From: Trichoplax adhaerens
Lineage: Eukaryota > Animalia > Placozoa
Direction: 5' to 3'
Assembly: GCF_000150275.1 (NCBI RefSeq)
Contig: NW_002060944.1
Coordinates: 8,394,159-8,458,158 of the forward strand
Length of the DNA stretch: 64,000 nucleotides
This document shows positions 39,475 to 52,807 of the stretch, one piece after another. The position numbers were made by a program, and so were the translations under genes. Numbering within the stretch: the stretch's first letter is position 1; every line of letters starts with the position of its first letter. Under the pieces are notes generated by a model. That model had not been told where the DNA came from and did no database searches. It saw nothing but the letters and a program-made list of their open reading frames with translations.

Positions 39475-40148
39475 TAAAAAGGATGTCACCCTTTCTCCTG
39501 CTGTCCGCTTGCAGTTAGTACTCTTTAGTGACAACTATTTTGCACCCGATACTTCTTTGGCTAAAAATTGGAATACTGTAAAAAGGATGTCACCCTTTCT
39601 CCTGCTATCCCCTTGCACTTGGTACTGGTTACTGACAACTATTTTGCACTAGATACTCTACGACTAAAATACGAATACTGTAAAAAGGATGTCACCCTTT
39701 CTCCTGCTATCCCCTTCCACTTGGTACTGTTTACTGACAACTATTTTGCACCAGATACTTTATGACTAAAATACGAATACCGTAAAAAGGATGTCACCCT
39801 TTATCCTGCTATCCCTTGCACTTGGTACTCTTTAGTAACAACTATTTTGCACCAGATACTCTATGGCTAAAAAATACGAATACCGTAAAAAGGATATCAA
39901 TCACCCTTTATCCTGCTATCCGCTTGCAGTTAGTCCTCTTTAGTGACAGATATTTTGCACCAGATACTTAGTGACAGATATTTTGCACCAGATACTCTAT
40001 GCCTAAAAAATACGAATACCGTAAAAAGGATGTCACCCTTTCTCCTGCTGCCCCTTGCAGTTCTGTTTAAAGACAGATATTTTGCACCATTTACTCTATG
40101 GCTTAAAAATTCGAATACGGAAGGACAGCAGGATGAAGGGAGTCATCA
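39475..40148. repeat. Young tandem array, ~103-bp unit x6, capped by an inverted copy of the unit start
   Basis: Units start at 39475, 39579, 39681, 39783, 39886 and 40022. 40123-40148 is the near reverse complement of 39481-39506. Confidence 0.92.
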
Positions 40149-41345
40149 TTTCGTGTCCAGACTAGATTCAATGTTGACGGTAAACTGCAGTAAGAATAGT
40201 AACCGCAGGGATTCCTCAACGGCAATGTTTTTACGGCACTGGTAGCCGTTACTAGGGACTACTGTACTAATATTAGATAAAAAAAGAAAAGGAATGGGAT
40301 ATCAAACGGTCGTTGTACTAAGAATCAATGTATTGGCAGGCTGATTATAATTTTACTCTGCTTACTGGTCGTTTCAACGGTAGCGTATGTCTGCTTCAAC
40401 GGTATACTATACGCATCCTGTCTGCGATTAACATCCAAATTAACTGCTGGGTTGATTTGGTGCAGTAGGGTAAACGGTTTTATTCATACCGTACAATAAA
40501 GTGACCAAAAAATGGTCAGCCTCCGAATTATTTTACGTTGACGACCGTTCCTTTCTTTTTGAGTAGTGCCTGCCATTACTACTGTTCTCTACCATGTAGA
40601 TATGACTTTGATTTCCCTTACTTATACTATCGTAGTATGGAGGAACCAGAAGTTTGATAGTGGGATTATTTTGAATTCAAGTTTTTTTGCTCTGTAAAAC
40701 AAGCCAATCAAGTGGAGAGTACAGTACAGTATATATATATATACAGTGGTTCACAAATACTGGAAGCAATAACTTGTGCCATTCTGATTAATAACTCAAA
40801 CTAATTGGATGGCTCAAATCTAGTGCATAGCTCTCAAATAGTATACTGTAAAAAGAAATAATAAACTTGGTGCTGCTCCGATAAACTACTGCAACCAACT
40901 GGATAGCTAAATCAAATGTACTGGATTAGTACATGTTCATTTAGTAGTCCATATCAAACGCCTCTGTCTTAACAGTTTATATCCATTGGTTTACAGTTAG
41001 TGTACAGTATTCATTCAGTGAATATGTATTGGTATAGAATTGCATAAAATTAATTAATTTATGGCCGGATTACTTTAGCTGATTATGCAGTAGTTACAGG
41101 ACGATCCCATTCAGCCAATCACGCTGTAGTTGATACAGTACTGATGCAGCCAACGCAAACTGGAATAAATACCCTACTACGGCATACTGTCGTATTAAGT
41201 TGTGTACTATAGAATTGATGAATTAGGACATTAATTGCCCTTTCGTCGAATAACCTTTCCTCGCTCGACAGTCGACATATTACCTATAGAACAACCATCG
41301 ACGTGTAGAATAGAATCAAGAGCGGACACGATTCAACTCGGTGGA

Positions 41346-42411
41346 ATGGACAAAAAGCAACGCAAGCTTCAACGTCGATCCGCACATACTATTGCAAGTC
41401 TACCATCGAGTTTACATGACAACGTGGTGGATCAATCACATCGAGCTGATGCTCCAATGGCACCGAAAGAAGCGAAGTTTCCTCGAAAGAAAGAGCCTGT
41501 GGTAGTCAAATTTCAAGATCCTCGAATAAAGAAACCTAAGGTAGCCAGTATGGACAAACCAGTCAGCAAAATATTAGGTACAGACAAGTACAGTAATGAT
41601 GACTTGTCATGGCATGCTAGGCTAATTGATCAGTCTCGATATACGAGTACAGTATACTGTATAACAGTGTAGAAACTAGATACTTAAATGCAACATTGCC
41701 ACGATCGTCAATGCAATTAACATGAAGAGATAGACTCGTATACTGTATTAAATACTCCATTGAATTGGAGCGGGAGTAGGCATTCGATGGAAATGCATAG
41801 ATGGCGTATTATACACTTTCTAAACGGTAAATAACGATCAGATAGTGGTTAAGCTTTTTTTACTGTCTACATGTATAGTAATTAACGTATCGGCTGCAAC
41901 CCACTCGTATTGCATCGCTAATAGAAATTAATCAATCAATAACTGTAGCAATATTGAGCTCAATTTCATATTTTGTGATGCTAATATTTCATAATGTAAT
42001 ATGACAGTAACTCGCCGAGATCAATTGAAGATGCAGCAAGAAGCAAAGGCTGAATTAAAAGAAATGTCCAAGGATGTGCTAAAATTTGGTATTAGTGGAT
42101 TCGATTACAAACAACGTAAGAAAGTGGAGCAAGAAACAGTTGAAAGATTGGGTGGTCAAAAGCATAAAGACAATAAAATGCCATACCCGTTGTATATGAA
42201 AGTGCAAAAGATTAGGAAAGACAGAGAAAGAACAAAGAGGCAGCTAGATTTAGCTACTGGGAATATGGATGCAAAAGCTAAAAAGCGATCAGATAAAGAC
42301 AAGAAAAAATCCAATTCTCATCATTCTATCGGTCACTGGGTAGATCGTAGCAAAGGTTCCAATCCTAGCGTCGGCAAGTACAAGAACGGAATTTATTTTG
42401 TAAAATCGTAA
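41346..42411 (+). CDS. C1orf131: C1orf131/FSAF1-like 40S processome assembly factor
   Basis: Exons 41346-41577 and 42008-42411 (phase 1). Motifs VVVKFQDP, DVLKFGISGF..ERLGG and the C-terminal VGKYKNG. Very basic protein. Confidence 0.75.
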
Positions 42412-45400
42412 TGTCAATTTAATTGGAGTCTCCTTGAATATCAAAAAGCAATAATCTCATTGCAGTGTTCTGCTGCGTACAATATCATTTCTATAATATT
42501 CCATAGGATATCATTATTCTACTGCCACTTAGAGTCGGCAAGTGAATGTATATATACAGTCTGGAGATGAAGCACTATGATTAGTGCTTGTACAAATCGC
42601 ACGAGTCAATGTGTTGAAAATCTATCAATTATTTTATTACTAAGGCTATATTAGCATGTGGTATTCAAACTCAAACTAATCAGTGAGTTCTTTCTTGAGA
42701 TATTAATACATAGAATCTGGATTTAACTTGCAACTGTCATCAACTTAATGTAATATACGTTATGACTTGACAATGGAATTGACTATTAAATTTTGAAATC
42801 TCTCATCCTTGAATGCGAATGAAATAATTATTGCCTATGAAATGAAGTTAACTTTAAATACTTATCAAAGATGAACTGTTAAAGCGTGTAAAATTTACGA
42901 CATAGAGTTATCATCGACTTTATGAGTTACATCATGATAGCGGCAGCGACGTGATCGTAATAACTTAACAGCCTGATAAAGGATTTTATTGAAAGCTCAG
43001 CTAAATCACATTCTACCAAGAAATGAGGGATATAGAAAAGTATTGCAACCATAAGTCCATAAGTGTAGTAATGATAATTTATCATAATCAATATGAGATT
43101 ATAAATTGTTATCATCTACATTTTGATTATAGAAAATAACCATACATATACAATCATGTGCAATCAGATTATGTACTTCCTATAGTGCAAAATCTTTGAG
43201 CTATAGGTACATCTGATTTGAATACGATTGCATATCTAGAAAATTGAAAAATTACAATCTTAATTTATTACGAATAAATTCAGTTCATTGAGAAAGGATT
43301 ACAGGCTCATGAGTAAGCGATCATTTATATATTATTATTTTTAGTTCACTTTATGATTCACTATATTGTATCGATATGACAGGTACTTCATGGTCAACGA
43401 TTCTATTACATAAATTCAATTTAATTCCAATCATTTTTCACTGGTATAAGGTTTGCCGTTAAAGCCTAATTAGAGTACAACAATTTTTGTTAGTATTTAT
43501 TTAACAGTGAACAGGCTGCAATAAATTATAGTATTGGCTATAAATCAATACTATTAACAAAGACTTATTCTTTAGTAGTCTCCTTACTCGCTGAATTTTA
43601 TGTTTCCGATCAGTTTTCAGTTCAGTTTGTAGAATTGGAGAGCAAGATTGATTGTGAAAGACATGTGTATGAAAAGAAAATAATTTCTTAGAAATTAACG
43701 CAATATCTATCATGATTTATTTTCTACCAGGAAAGACTACGTATACATCATTCTATCCTTTCTGTTTAATCTCTACATTTTTTAACCGATAAATTGCTTA
43801 AGCAATTATGAGGCTGTAACTTAACGCTCTAGGGATTATACACAATTTAGATAAGGCAAGCAAAGTCAAACTTACTCAGGGGATTTTGGAGATCTAACCG
43901 AGATTTTTCAGAATTCATATGATACGAGGATGGTATAAAACATAAAAGTTACTAACATTTCTGATTCATGGTAATTATAATTACCTTTGGTTGATATTAA
44001 CACAAATTACTAATAACGAATCTTACAAATACTATATAATGCATTTATGAAACACTATAATCTTTGCATGCTTAATATAGAATTGATTATTGATATCAAC
44101 ACTATGAGAATTTGTTGTTGTTACGCTCGCATTATTAGCTTACCTATCAACCCCACTATTTGTACAGGAAGGGAAATTAAACATTCATGGATTAAATTAT
44201 GGAGATAAATGCAATATTAGAGTAAGCTTTAGAAAATAGTAATGCTTATAAAAAGAATAAATAAATTTTCAGTAGGTGACTTGAGCAACAACTATTAGCA
44301 TGGATATGAGATTGGTTATCTGATACCACGATTGCAATAGATTTAATGTGCTATATTACGGCTTAAAAAGCCACCCTTGATAAAATCTTGAAACTTTACA
44401 TTAATCCATATCGTGAAGCACTGAGCAAATGCATTAGCATAGTGTATAGTACTATACGGGTACAAAGAGCAATATACACTTATTTCTACTTACTCGCTGA
44501 GCCACCATAATTTAGAGTTCGTAAATGACAGAATTGGAAAGGAGTAGAAAATAAGAATAGTCGAATAATTGTAATAATTCTTAATGATAGATTAAGTTAA
44601 TCAGTTACAAGTTAGCATTATTATAACTGAAATAGTTTAAATCTACTACATTTAGCAATATAACTCACTTTATACTTGGCAATTTTTCGATTTGAATATC
44701 AATCAATGTGGGAGATTTAGCGTTTAAAATAGAGATATGATATAAAGATAATTACATTAAGCAAAATACAGCAATATTATAATCTCTAAGACATTAACAT
44801 AAAACGATCTTGTAAACGTAAAGAGAACTGATTTGTAGCAGCTTTGAGAGTGTAGTTGCTCCTAGTTGGTATCGAAAAAATGTTCATGTTAAAAGAATAC
44901 ACTATTAAGCTTACCTCCTGTTACAACAATATATTAATTATGAGTTTAGGTTTGGTACGAAAACGCCAGTAAAGACATAAAAAAGTGACAAAATACTGAT
45001 GAGTACGGATAATCAGTTGTAGTACTTGTATTACATTTATAGTCAGATAAAATAAACATCCGAACTGCAACCTTACATTGCAATTTGTCCGAAAATGGCG
45101 ATGATTATGATCAGTAATAGAATCACATAAGTTAATTGTTTCATGTTCATTTTGATTGGATTGGCAATAATGGCAAATAGAGAAAGTTTAATCCTGATAA
45201 TATTGAAAACGTGAAGAATAATGAGATAATAAAGTACTATTACTTATCATTAATGTAGTGATCCAATTTTCGGTCTTACCTTCTTATTACGGATGACTCA
45301 ATCCAGCAAACAGATATCTATCAGTAATCAGTATACGTCTATGGTTATAGGTGGATATAATGAAAAATTAAGATAAGAATTATTTAAATTGAATTCGAGA

Positions 45401-46499
45401 TTCTTATACTAGATGCACTACCAATTTGTATTGCAATTCACGAAGGTCAAAGTACATAAATCTTATTCTGGAAGAATCCTACGAGAGTAAACTTTGATTT
45501 AGGTATAGGATTGCCAGTATATGTAATGTTTACATCAATTAAAACCCTTCTCTAAAGCAATATTTTTAATGCTGTCAAGCCAATAAAATACTTGAAAACA
45601 ACTAAATAAATAAATACCACCCGTGTTTGAGGTACTATCCTATTATGGAAAGCATGTACTGCGCTACGGCGCATAATGATTTCAGCAGTCATTCTAATTG
45701 GTTTCTGAATTTATACAAGTAGCTACATTTCAATATTGTCATTCTTAGTTTTAGTCAATCACCTGTTTAGTTTTTCTATTAAAAACTCTCTTTGTTAAAT
45801 AAGTCTAATCTTTAACATATGCATAAGTACTCTGTTGTCAAGTTCACTATATAGAATAGTAATTGGTACAAAAATCTATTACGAGAGTCATAATAGGAAT
45901 GCAGGATGGCATCAAACGATATCATTACAATGTTTCTCGTATATATACACAGTCAAAAATTGCTTGAAATTATGATTAGCTAGATTCTAACGACAAAATT
46001 TTTTAACTACAATAACAGAGGCACACAGTCAAGCTCATTCTATAAACTAGCGACAAGCGAGGTCACGAGTATTTAACCATGATACTTTTTGGAGTTACAG
46101 TAAATCGCATGAAATAGTAAACTCAGGCAATCTCAAATGTAATTCGTTCTTTGAGATGCAAAACTGCAGTTGATACTGCGATAGTATCTAATTATACATT
46201 GTTTTATAGAGGGGTTTGCATCTGCTTCATATTATAAGTCTATAAAATTGTACGCCAATTCGTTACATGTTTATTAGATAGTAATATGTGATTATAATAA
46301 GAGAATACGATGTAAACTGGAACCAAAATAAAAGTTAATCAACGGACATGTCTTCCATAATAGAAAACATGCTGTCCAATAGAATATTTCTTACTTAACT
46401 CTAGAGCAATTCTAGAATACTTTTTAATTCTACGATATATAATATATATCATATACAACATACAAAATATATTTTACATATGATCACTTTCCATTATAA

Positions 46500-49400
46500 C
46501 TAGTATGTATCATAAAGAGAAAGAAAGGAATACATTATAATATATCCTGGTTTGGAAGTGGGATGTGGGTCAGTATGGTTGTAATATCCATGATAAGTAA
46601 TAGTGTTGACAGATTTAGTGCTGAGTTGATTGGTTATGTCCACTATCCAGGGTTTTATCTCTTGCCCATCACACCAACCGTCTCTTCCGTATAGCCACGT
46701 CCCATGTTCGTTAGGTGTAACACCTTGAAGGACTCGTTCTGCACATCCAAGAGAGTTGCCAGCATTACTAAAAGTTCTAACATTGGCATGCTTTTCATTT
46801 ACCATAAAATGATGGGATGTAACACAGAATTCGGCACAATTATTATTATCACTTCCGTGGCCTATATTCAAAATTAAAAAACTTTCTATAATTGATCTGT
46901 TACATGCAGTAATAAGTTATGGCTATAGTTCAAATAGAGATTACCTGTAATGACCGCAACAAGCTTTACTTTTTTAGTTTTGCTGGTCATGTTAAAGTGA
47001 ATCGGTTTGTATTTTTTATTATAGTTTTTATCAAATGTTCCTCCTCTAAATAGTGGTATTAATTTTTGTGGTTTGAGAGGTGTTCCTTTCTTCTTAGCTA
47101 CAGTTGTATCTGGCAATACACACATATGTCATTAGGCAGGATAATAATATTTATAAGTACATAATGAGACTTAATTATTGAAAATTTATCTGATTATCCC
47201 AGTATCTTAAAGGCAAAGTCTAACTTATTTTATGAGAAAATCTGAGTTTCAGGGTCGTAAACCATGGCTGTGCCCAAGGAACAGTTTTCATGGTGAAATT
47301 ACAACTGCTCGATGATAATAACGGCAACAATGGAGTTACCGGCGTCAACCAATGACCAATTCGGCTAAAAAATTTTATAAATGACATAACCATGTTTATT
47401 GTAAAAATGTGGTGCCCAACTAGGCTTGTAAGGTATCAAATTAAGAATAAGAAACTGGGAAGTAAAAATTACCGGCGGAATGAAGTAATCCATCGCCCTA
47501 GTTCTTGTTGACAATGTGATGTTGCGTTAGAACAGCATACATAAAGTTGAACAGTATGATCCCATGGCGGACACTCTTCGTCTCGTTTTCCTCGACACGA
47601 AAGTGCCATGTCTAATTGCACGTCTTGATATTCTAACATTTCTTAAAATAAAGCGCAGTTTTACAGTTAAATTGCTAATCTTGACTATAGTCATATCCAA
47701 TAACTGTACAATAAGCCCTTCAAGAAGTGTTAATGAACATTCTACAATCAAAACTATAGGATAAGTCATAAAAGAGAAATGACAGTATCACATATGATTA
47801 GGTATACCTTTAACAGGAGGCAAATTTACGATAGCCGATGCTCCATATTTGCCATGAATAGTGGAATCATTAAAGATTTGGACCACCTTGGCATGCTCGG
47901 CAATATTATGGATTAGATTACTTTTGTAAGCATACCTAATGGAGAAGCGTGTATTAATTATTCAAGGCTAACTGAATTTTGATATAATTTTATAGTGATA
48001 GTGATGCAATTTTATTGCTGATCTAATAATGTACTACATGAGTGGAATTTTTAATCATTGATGGATACTTAATTATTATTATTACGTATAGGTCGAACTG
48101 TCAACTTTATGTGATGATAATGTTTCAATTTACCATTGCAGTTGCCAAGTAAAGTATAAGAACGACGGATAAAGTAACCATCCAGTCTCCTCAATTTTAC
48201 CTTGACCGTCAATTCCAAAGTAGAAATTATGTGATGGTGTAGTTTGAAAGCTAAAGTCTACTTTCTTTTTCGATTTCAACAGTTTCAAAATCTTCTGCCC
48301 TTCTGCGTAAGAAATCATTGTAGCCGGAATTGGATATCGTACATTGCACTCGTTACCGTGGCAGTTCATATCTACTGGATATTCGTTCTTGGCAGCAATG
48401 ACTGTTAATCCAGCGGCTTTGACTGTATAAGCTGCTTTAACCTAGTCAGTATTATAATAACTTTTATTTCGAATGGCTTGCGTTGGCAATTATTTGAAAA
48501 TAAATAATCATCGTTGTTATTTACGTTCAAGCTACCGTTCATCTTACCATTTTAAAATAAGAACAACCCTTTTGATGTTGCGCAATAGCCATTTTACCGG
48601 ATAGTGAGACATTACTACTACCTTTACAAGCATCCAATTCGACAACTTGGATGGAGCTTTTATAAGCACTAGCTGGTGAACCTATCCAGTCATATCTGGG
48701 ATCGAGACGGTTGATGACATAAGGAAATTTGGAATCTTGTATGATGCAGTTTCGATAAAGATTGGAATGAGGATACGTTAGGCACATAGAGGTATACAGT
48801 ATATTTTAGACATAATGTATAAATTGTATTAGTCGATCTATAGTGTAGAAGTAGTGATGGTAGTAACACGCGTATCCTAGTGTACAGCCTACTATACTGT
48901 ACAGCGGCACAATTGCATCTGCTTCAAACATGCTTACCGGTTGAGACTAAAATTTGTTGAAAGCCACATCCAAAGTCTTGGCAAGTCCACTTAGATAGGA
49001 GTAGAGGTATCCAGTTACCCATTGATTCAACCGGTAATACTACAAAATGCATCCTTTTCCCTAAGCTCGTAGCAGCAGCAGCATTAATGTGACTAAAAGT
49101 GTAAAAAATTGATAGATAATCTTGAAACTTTAAATGTAATGAGATATCCGTCTTAAAATCTATTTTACAGACGATCTTGGAAATTAAAATGTTTGCTCTT
49201 ATGGATTGATAACCCATAGGCGTAGTCATTGTTTTAATCGTTTAGTTATTTGCTACTACGACGTTCGAGTTCTAGTAGAATTAGATTACTGAATGGCATT
49301 TGGATTTCATCTTTTATTTGTCTAAAAAATGGATTACTACCAAGGCTGAATAGCTGCATCAGTCATGTTCTCTAGTTATTACTCATAAAAATGAATACTT

Positions 49401-49932
49401 TACCGCCAGATAATACTAAGGTAATTTTTATAAAGTTTCTCCATGGATTACGAAGTATACTGTACAGTAGTTTTATAAGTAGACAACAGTAGTAAAGTAG
49501 ATATATAAACATAACAATGTACGAGTTTATTGTACTACGTATGTAACTCAGTGAAAATGATTACCCAGATAAGTAAAGATCAGCAATTTGATTTGTTACT
49601 CTTTTCTGCATCCATTGTACGTCTTGTAATGCATGATCTGAATAAGACATAAAAACGTAATTTCCACTCTTGGTGGAGTTCATAATGAGTGCTTTAACGG
49701 AGCTGTCTTTGGTCCAAATGGCTTCCATGTAGGCTGATCGTGGATCATACGCAAATAAGACCATGGGTAATAAATGGCTTGAATTTTTCGCATTGATATA
49801 TTCGATTTTACCACTTAAGGTACGTAAAGTAAAAGGTTTTGCTTCATCGCCAGGTAGGAATGTCGCACATTGAGTATAAGCTATGGTTATGATGATGAGA
49901 GCAAAGACAAGGGGCACTTCTGGCTTCGCCAT
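46500..49932 (-). CDS. Secreted/lysosomal PNGase F-like peptide:N-glycanase with redoxin-like N-terminus and PA domain, ~660 aa
   Basis: Exons 49932-49565, 49092-48938, 48735-48548, 48441-48134, 47935-47808, 47641-47473, 47364-47225, 47109-46945, 46861-46500. All phases match, total 1983 nt. Signal peptide. Motifs CPPWDH, ELGRWIT, TGHGSDNNNCAEFC and GTWLYGRDGWCDG. Confidence 0.85.
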
Positions 49933-49989
49933 CTTGTCCACTATTGGCAAGAACGACGACAATAATAAATAAATAAATTGATTGACGAT

Positions 49990-50560
49990 ATGACAGTACA
50001 GTGCGCAGACACAACAGCTGGATCAGTAGCTGTACCTGTGCCGTGCCGCGCCGTACCGTACCGTACTGTACACTGTACATCACTTTACCATTACTATGGA
50101 CTTGAAGATCCCCACTATAGATCATAACGGTTTGAACCGAACCTTTCTTAGGTCTAATCCCCAGGGACTACTTAACGCAAAATCTCCCAACTAACCACGG
50201 TACAGTACTTCGTAAACTATGCCGCAAGCCCCAATTCAGCCTAACTATACAGTACTCACGTTATCAACAATTTTCTGATGTTAAAATCTTCTGACTTTCT
50301 CTTATTACAGTAAACAAAATAAGACATTTAACTACAGTATTTCTACACCACTGTACAGTGTACAGTGCAAACAATTTGTCAGTGTCTTACGCCTCGTACA
50401 CGCGTACAGTACTTCGTGGGCTATACAGTACAGTACTGTACCACTTGCACTCCAACTTTTGTAACTTCTTACTTTACAGTACATGCACCTTTGGACTACA
50501 GTACGTAGTGGTCCATCATCTTAGATACAGTAATACTATAGGAGTGTTACGGTAGTGTAC
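49990..50560. promoter_or_regulatory. Bidirectional promoter region (PNGase-like / SDHAF3) rich in TACAGTA/TACTGTA
   Basis: Lies between divergent gene starts, with raised GC and many copies of the motif. Confidence 0.55.
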
Positions 50561-51025
50561 GGCGACTGCAAAAAGGAGATCATTGCTAACGACGATAGCA
50601 GTAGCGTTGAAGACAGCTGGATCATGATCAAGGTAAGTCCTGTGCAATGGACAACTAATCAACAATAATTACAATATGTGAGAACTAGTTTCTCTTAAGC
50701 TATGCTGTAGTATCGACAATAAACAGAGTGACGATAATACATACTGTAGATTGGATGGCAGAAACTAAAGTAGTCGATGGTACCATACAGTTGTACAACT
50801 GCAATTGACAAACTTGTCATTTTGCCTTGGAAAGAATTCACCAATAAAATAGAAATTTCATTCATTCTGGCCAATTTCATAAATGAATACGCTCTATTTT
50901 AGAGGTTCTGCCTTTGTACGATCAAACTGGTATGACAGTTTAAGCAAGTAAGAGTGGGTGAAGAATAAATAGAAGTACTAGTGAGTATTAGTAGAGCCTA
51001 CTAGGAGGTATCGTATTTTGAGGCC

Positions 51026-51603
51026 ATGTCTGCAGCAAATGGTATCAGGCACATGAAGCAGCACAAGCGGCAAGTTCTCAATCTTTACAAACGAGTACTA
51101 AGAGTCAACAAACAGCTACCAAAGGAATTTCGCCTAGTTGGCAATGCGTATGTTAGAGATGAATTTAAAAGGCATAAAACCATGGCTATGGATGAAGGAA
51201 ATGTAAAGGAGTTTCTTTCAGAATGGAAGGTTTGTCCCTTTCTATTTTGGTGTTGTAGATGTAGCTTAGTGTCTTGCAGTGCAAAGTCATAGCGATAGAC
51301 TTTGCCATAAAGATACATGTAAAGGTGCTTTGAATTGGACGAATTTCGTGTAATGTGATGGCAGAAACATTGATTATTGCCTATGCTTCTACTTATAATG
51401 GTATCACACTGATTTGCTATCTTTGGACATATTTGCACAAATTGCAGATGTATGCAGATCATTTAGAAGTACAATTAAAGCAAAATCATGCCATAGGATC
51501 CAATTTGTCATCGCAGGACCTTAATCGCCTCAGTGAAGATCAACTAGGTCAATTGTATCATCTACAAGAGGAGGTTACTAAACCATCTATTCCAACACCA
51601 TAG
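51026..51603 (+). CDS. SDHAF3: Succinate dehydrogenase assembly factor 3 (ACN9, LYR-motif)
   Basis: Exons 51026-51229 and 51448-51603. Motifs LYKRVLR, LP...R.VGNAYVRDEFKRHK, FLSEW..Y and LSEDQLGQLY.L. Confidence 0.9.
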
Positions 51604-52807
51604 TTGTTATTTGGATAACCACTCAGTTCTTTGAACTTGTGATATAATTGAATTTATGGGAGATTTCTGCTCTTCAAAAGGCAGTTGATGATGGGATAGC
51701 GATCGTACATAACATCGACTATTGGAATGGATTTATTTCTGTTTATATATAGATTGCAGTATACACTTCAAGAATAGGTTGAAATTGCGATTGACGTACA
51801 GTATACTTGAACTTTAATAATTATATATTTTATTTATGATGGTAACAATAGGTATATAAAGAAATATTTAATTCCATTACTAGTATAGAATATCAACTCT
51901 ACTGGTTATGACTGCTTTGCAATTCAAATCATGGAGCTAGAAACAAATCGATGTGTGTTATCTTTAAGAATGATAAGATCCTTTTTTAATATTGCAAGTA
52001 GCGGCAGATTTGAGAATAAAATACCTTCTCGTCACTACAAGATTAGAGTGTACGTGTCGACTGTACAGTAGAACTTTATTCTACGCGTATACTTGGTAGA
52101 AAGAGAATTTCTCTTGCAAGTTGCATTTGGAAAATCCATGCCTGTATGGTATTGTACGCAAGACAAAATTTCTTTGTTTGAAATGGTACAAACCCTGATG
52201 GATTATTGCAGATATTATTCGCTACAAGGTCGCTCGTAATCCTTTCGATTGTTTCTAACTATGCTGTACTGTACATTGTACACTATATGAAGCATTTTGT
52301 ATTTTTGTATACAGCATATTGTTCCTTGCAAGTGCATTTACTTTTTCTCCATTTTCTCTAACGTTCTATCTATTTGCGTTCATTTTCTCAATCGATCAAT
52401 AAACTTGCTCTTCATCTTGGCAGTCATCTTGAATGATATCCATGATTGTGTACAGTACAGTACTGTATTTCAAGAAATGATACAGTACAGTACTGTACAG
52501 GTTCCATACCGTCCGTCCTCTTAATGACGTCATGAACCAAATTGGGCACTGACCACGTGACCATTGCCTGTACTCGTGACACCGGATTTACAGTATTGGG
52601 TACGGTTCCATTGTGTACTGTACAATACAATTATTGTACTGTACAGTACAGTACAGTACTATAGTGTACAGTGTACAGTATACACAGCTCCAGTACAGTA
52701 CATAGCATTGTAAGCGTGTTGACGTCTTCCAGCCCGTTACGGGATAAAAACGACGGCAAAACCAAGTCCAGTCTAACAGAAGGAAGAAGAAAAATCAAAC
52801 TCGTACG

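Noticed and set aside
17100-40148. CRISPR-like arrays
   Set aside because: Units are homologous along their full length with no unique spacers, no cas genes are present, and the context is eukaryotic.
39452-40245. ORFs 39452-39652, 39568-39765 and 39943-40245 (also 59349-60148 and 22207-22870)
   Set aside because: These are translations of non-coding tandem repeats whose frames shift between units.
28879-41345. Upstream TTG starts given by the ORF track for the tetraspanins, Hsp40 and C1orf131
   Set aside because: Eukaryotic genes. Family homology begins at downstream ATGs (29499, 34526, 39058, 41346).
52060-52445. Small minus-strand gene or selenoprotein (MDIIQDDCQDEEQVY-TGA; ~60-codon open stretch at ~52075-52260)
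   Set aside because: No recognisable homology, no SECIS seen and no consistent exon chain.
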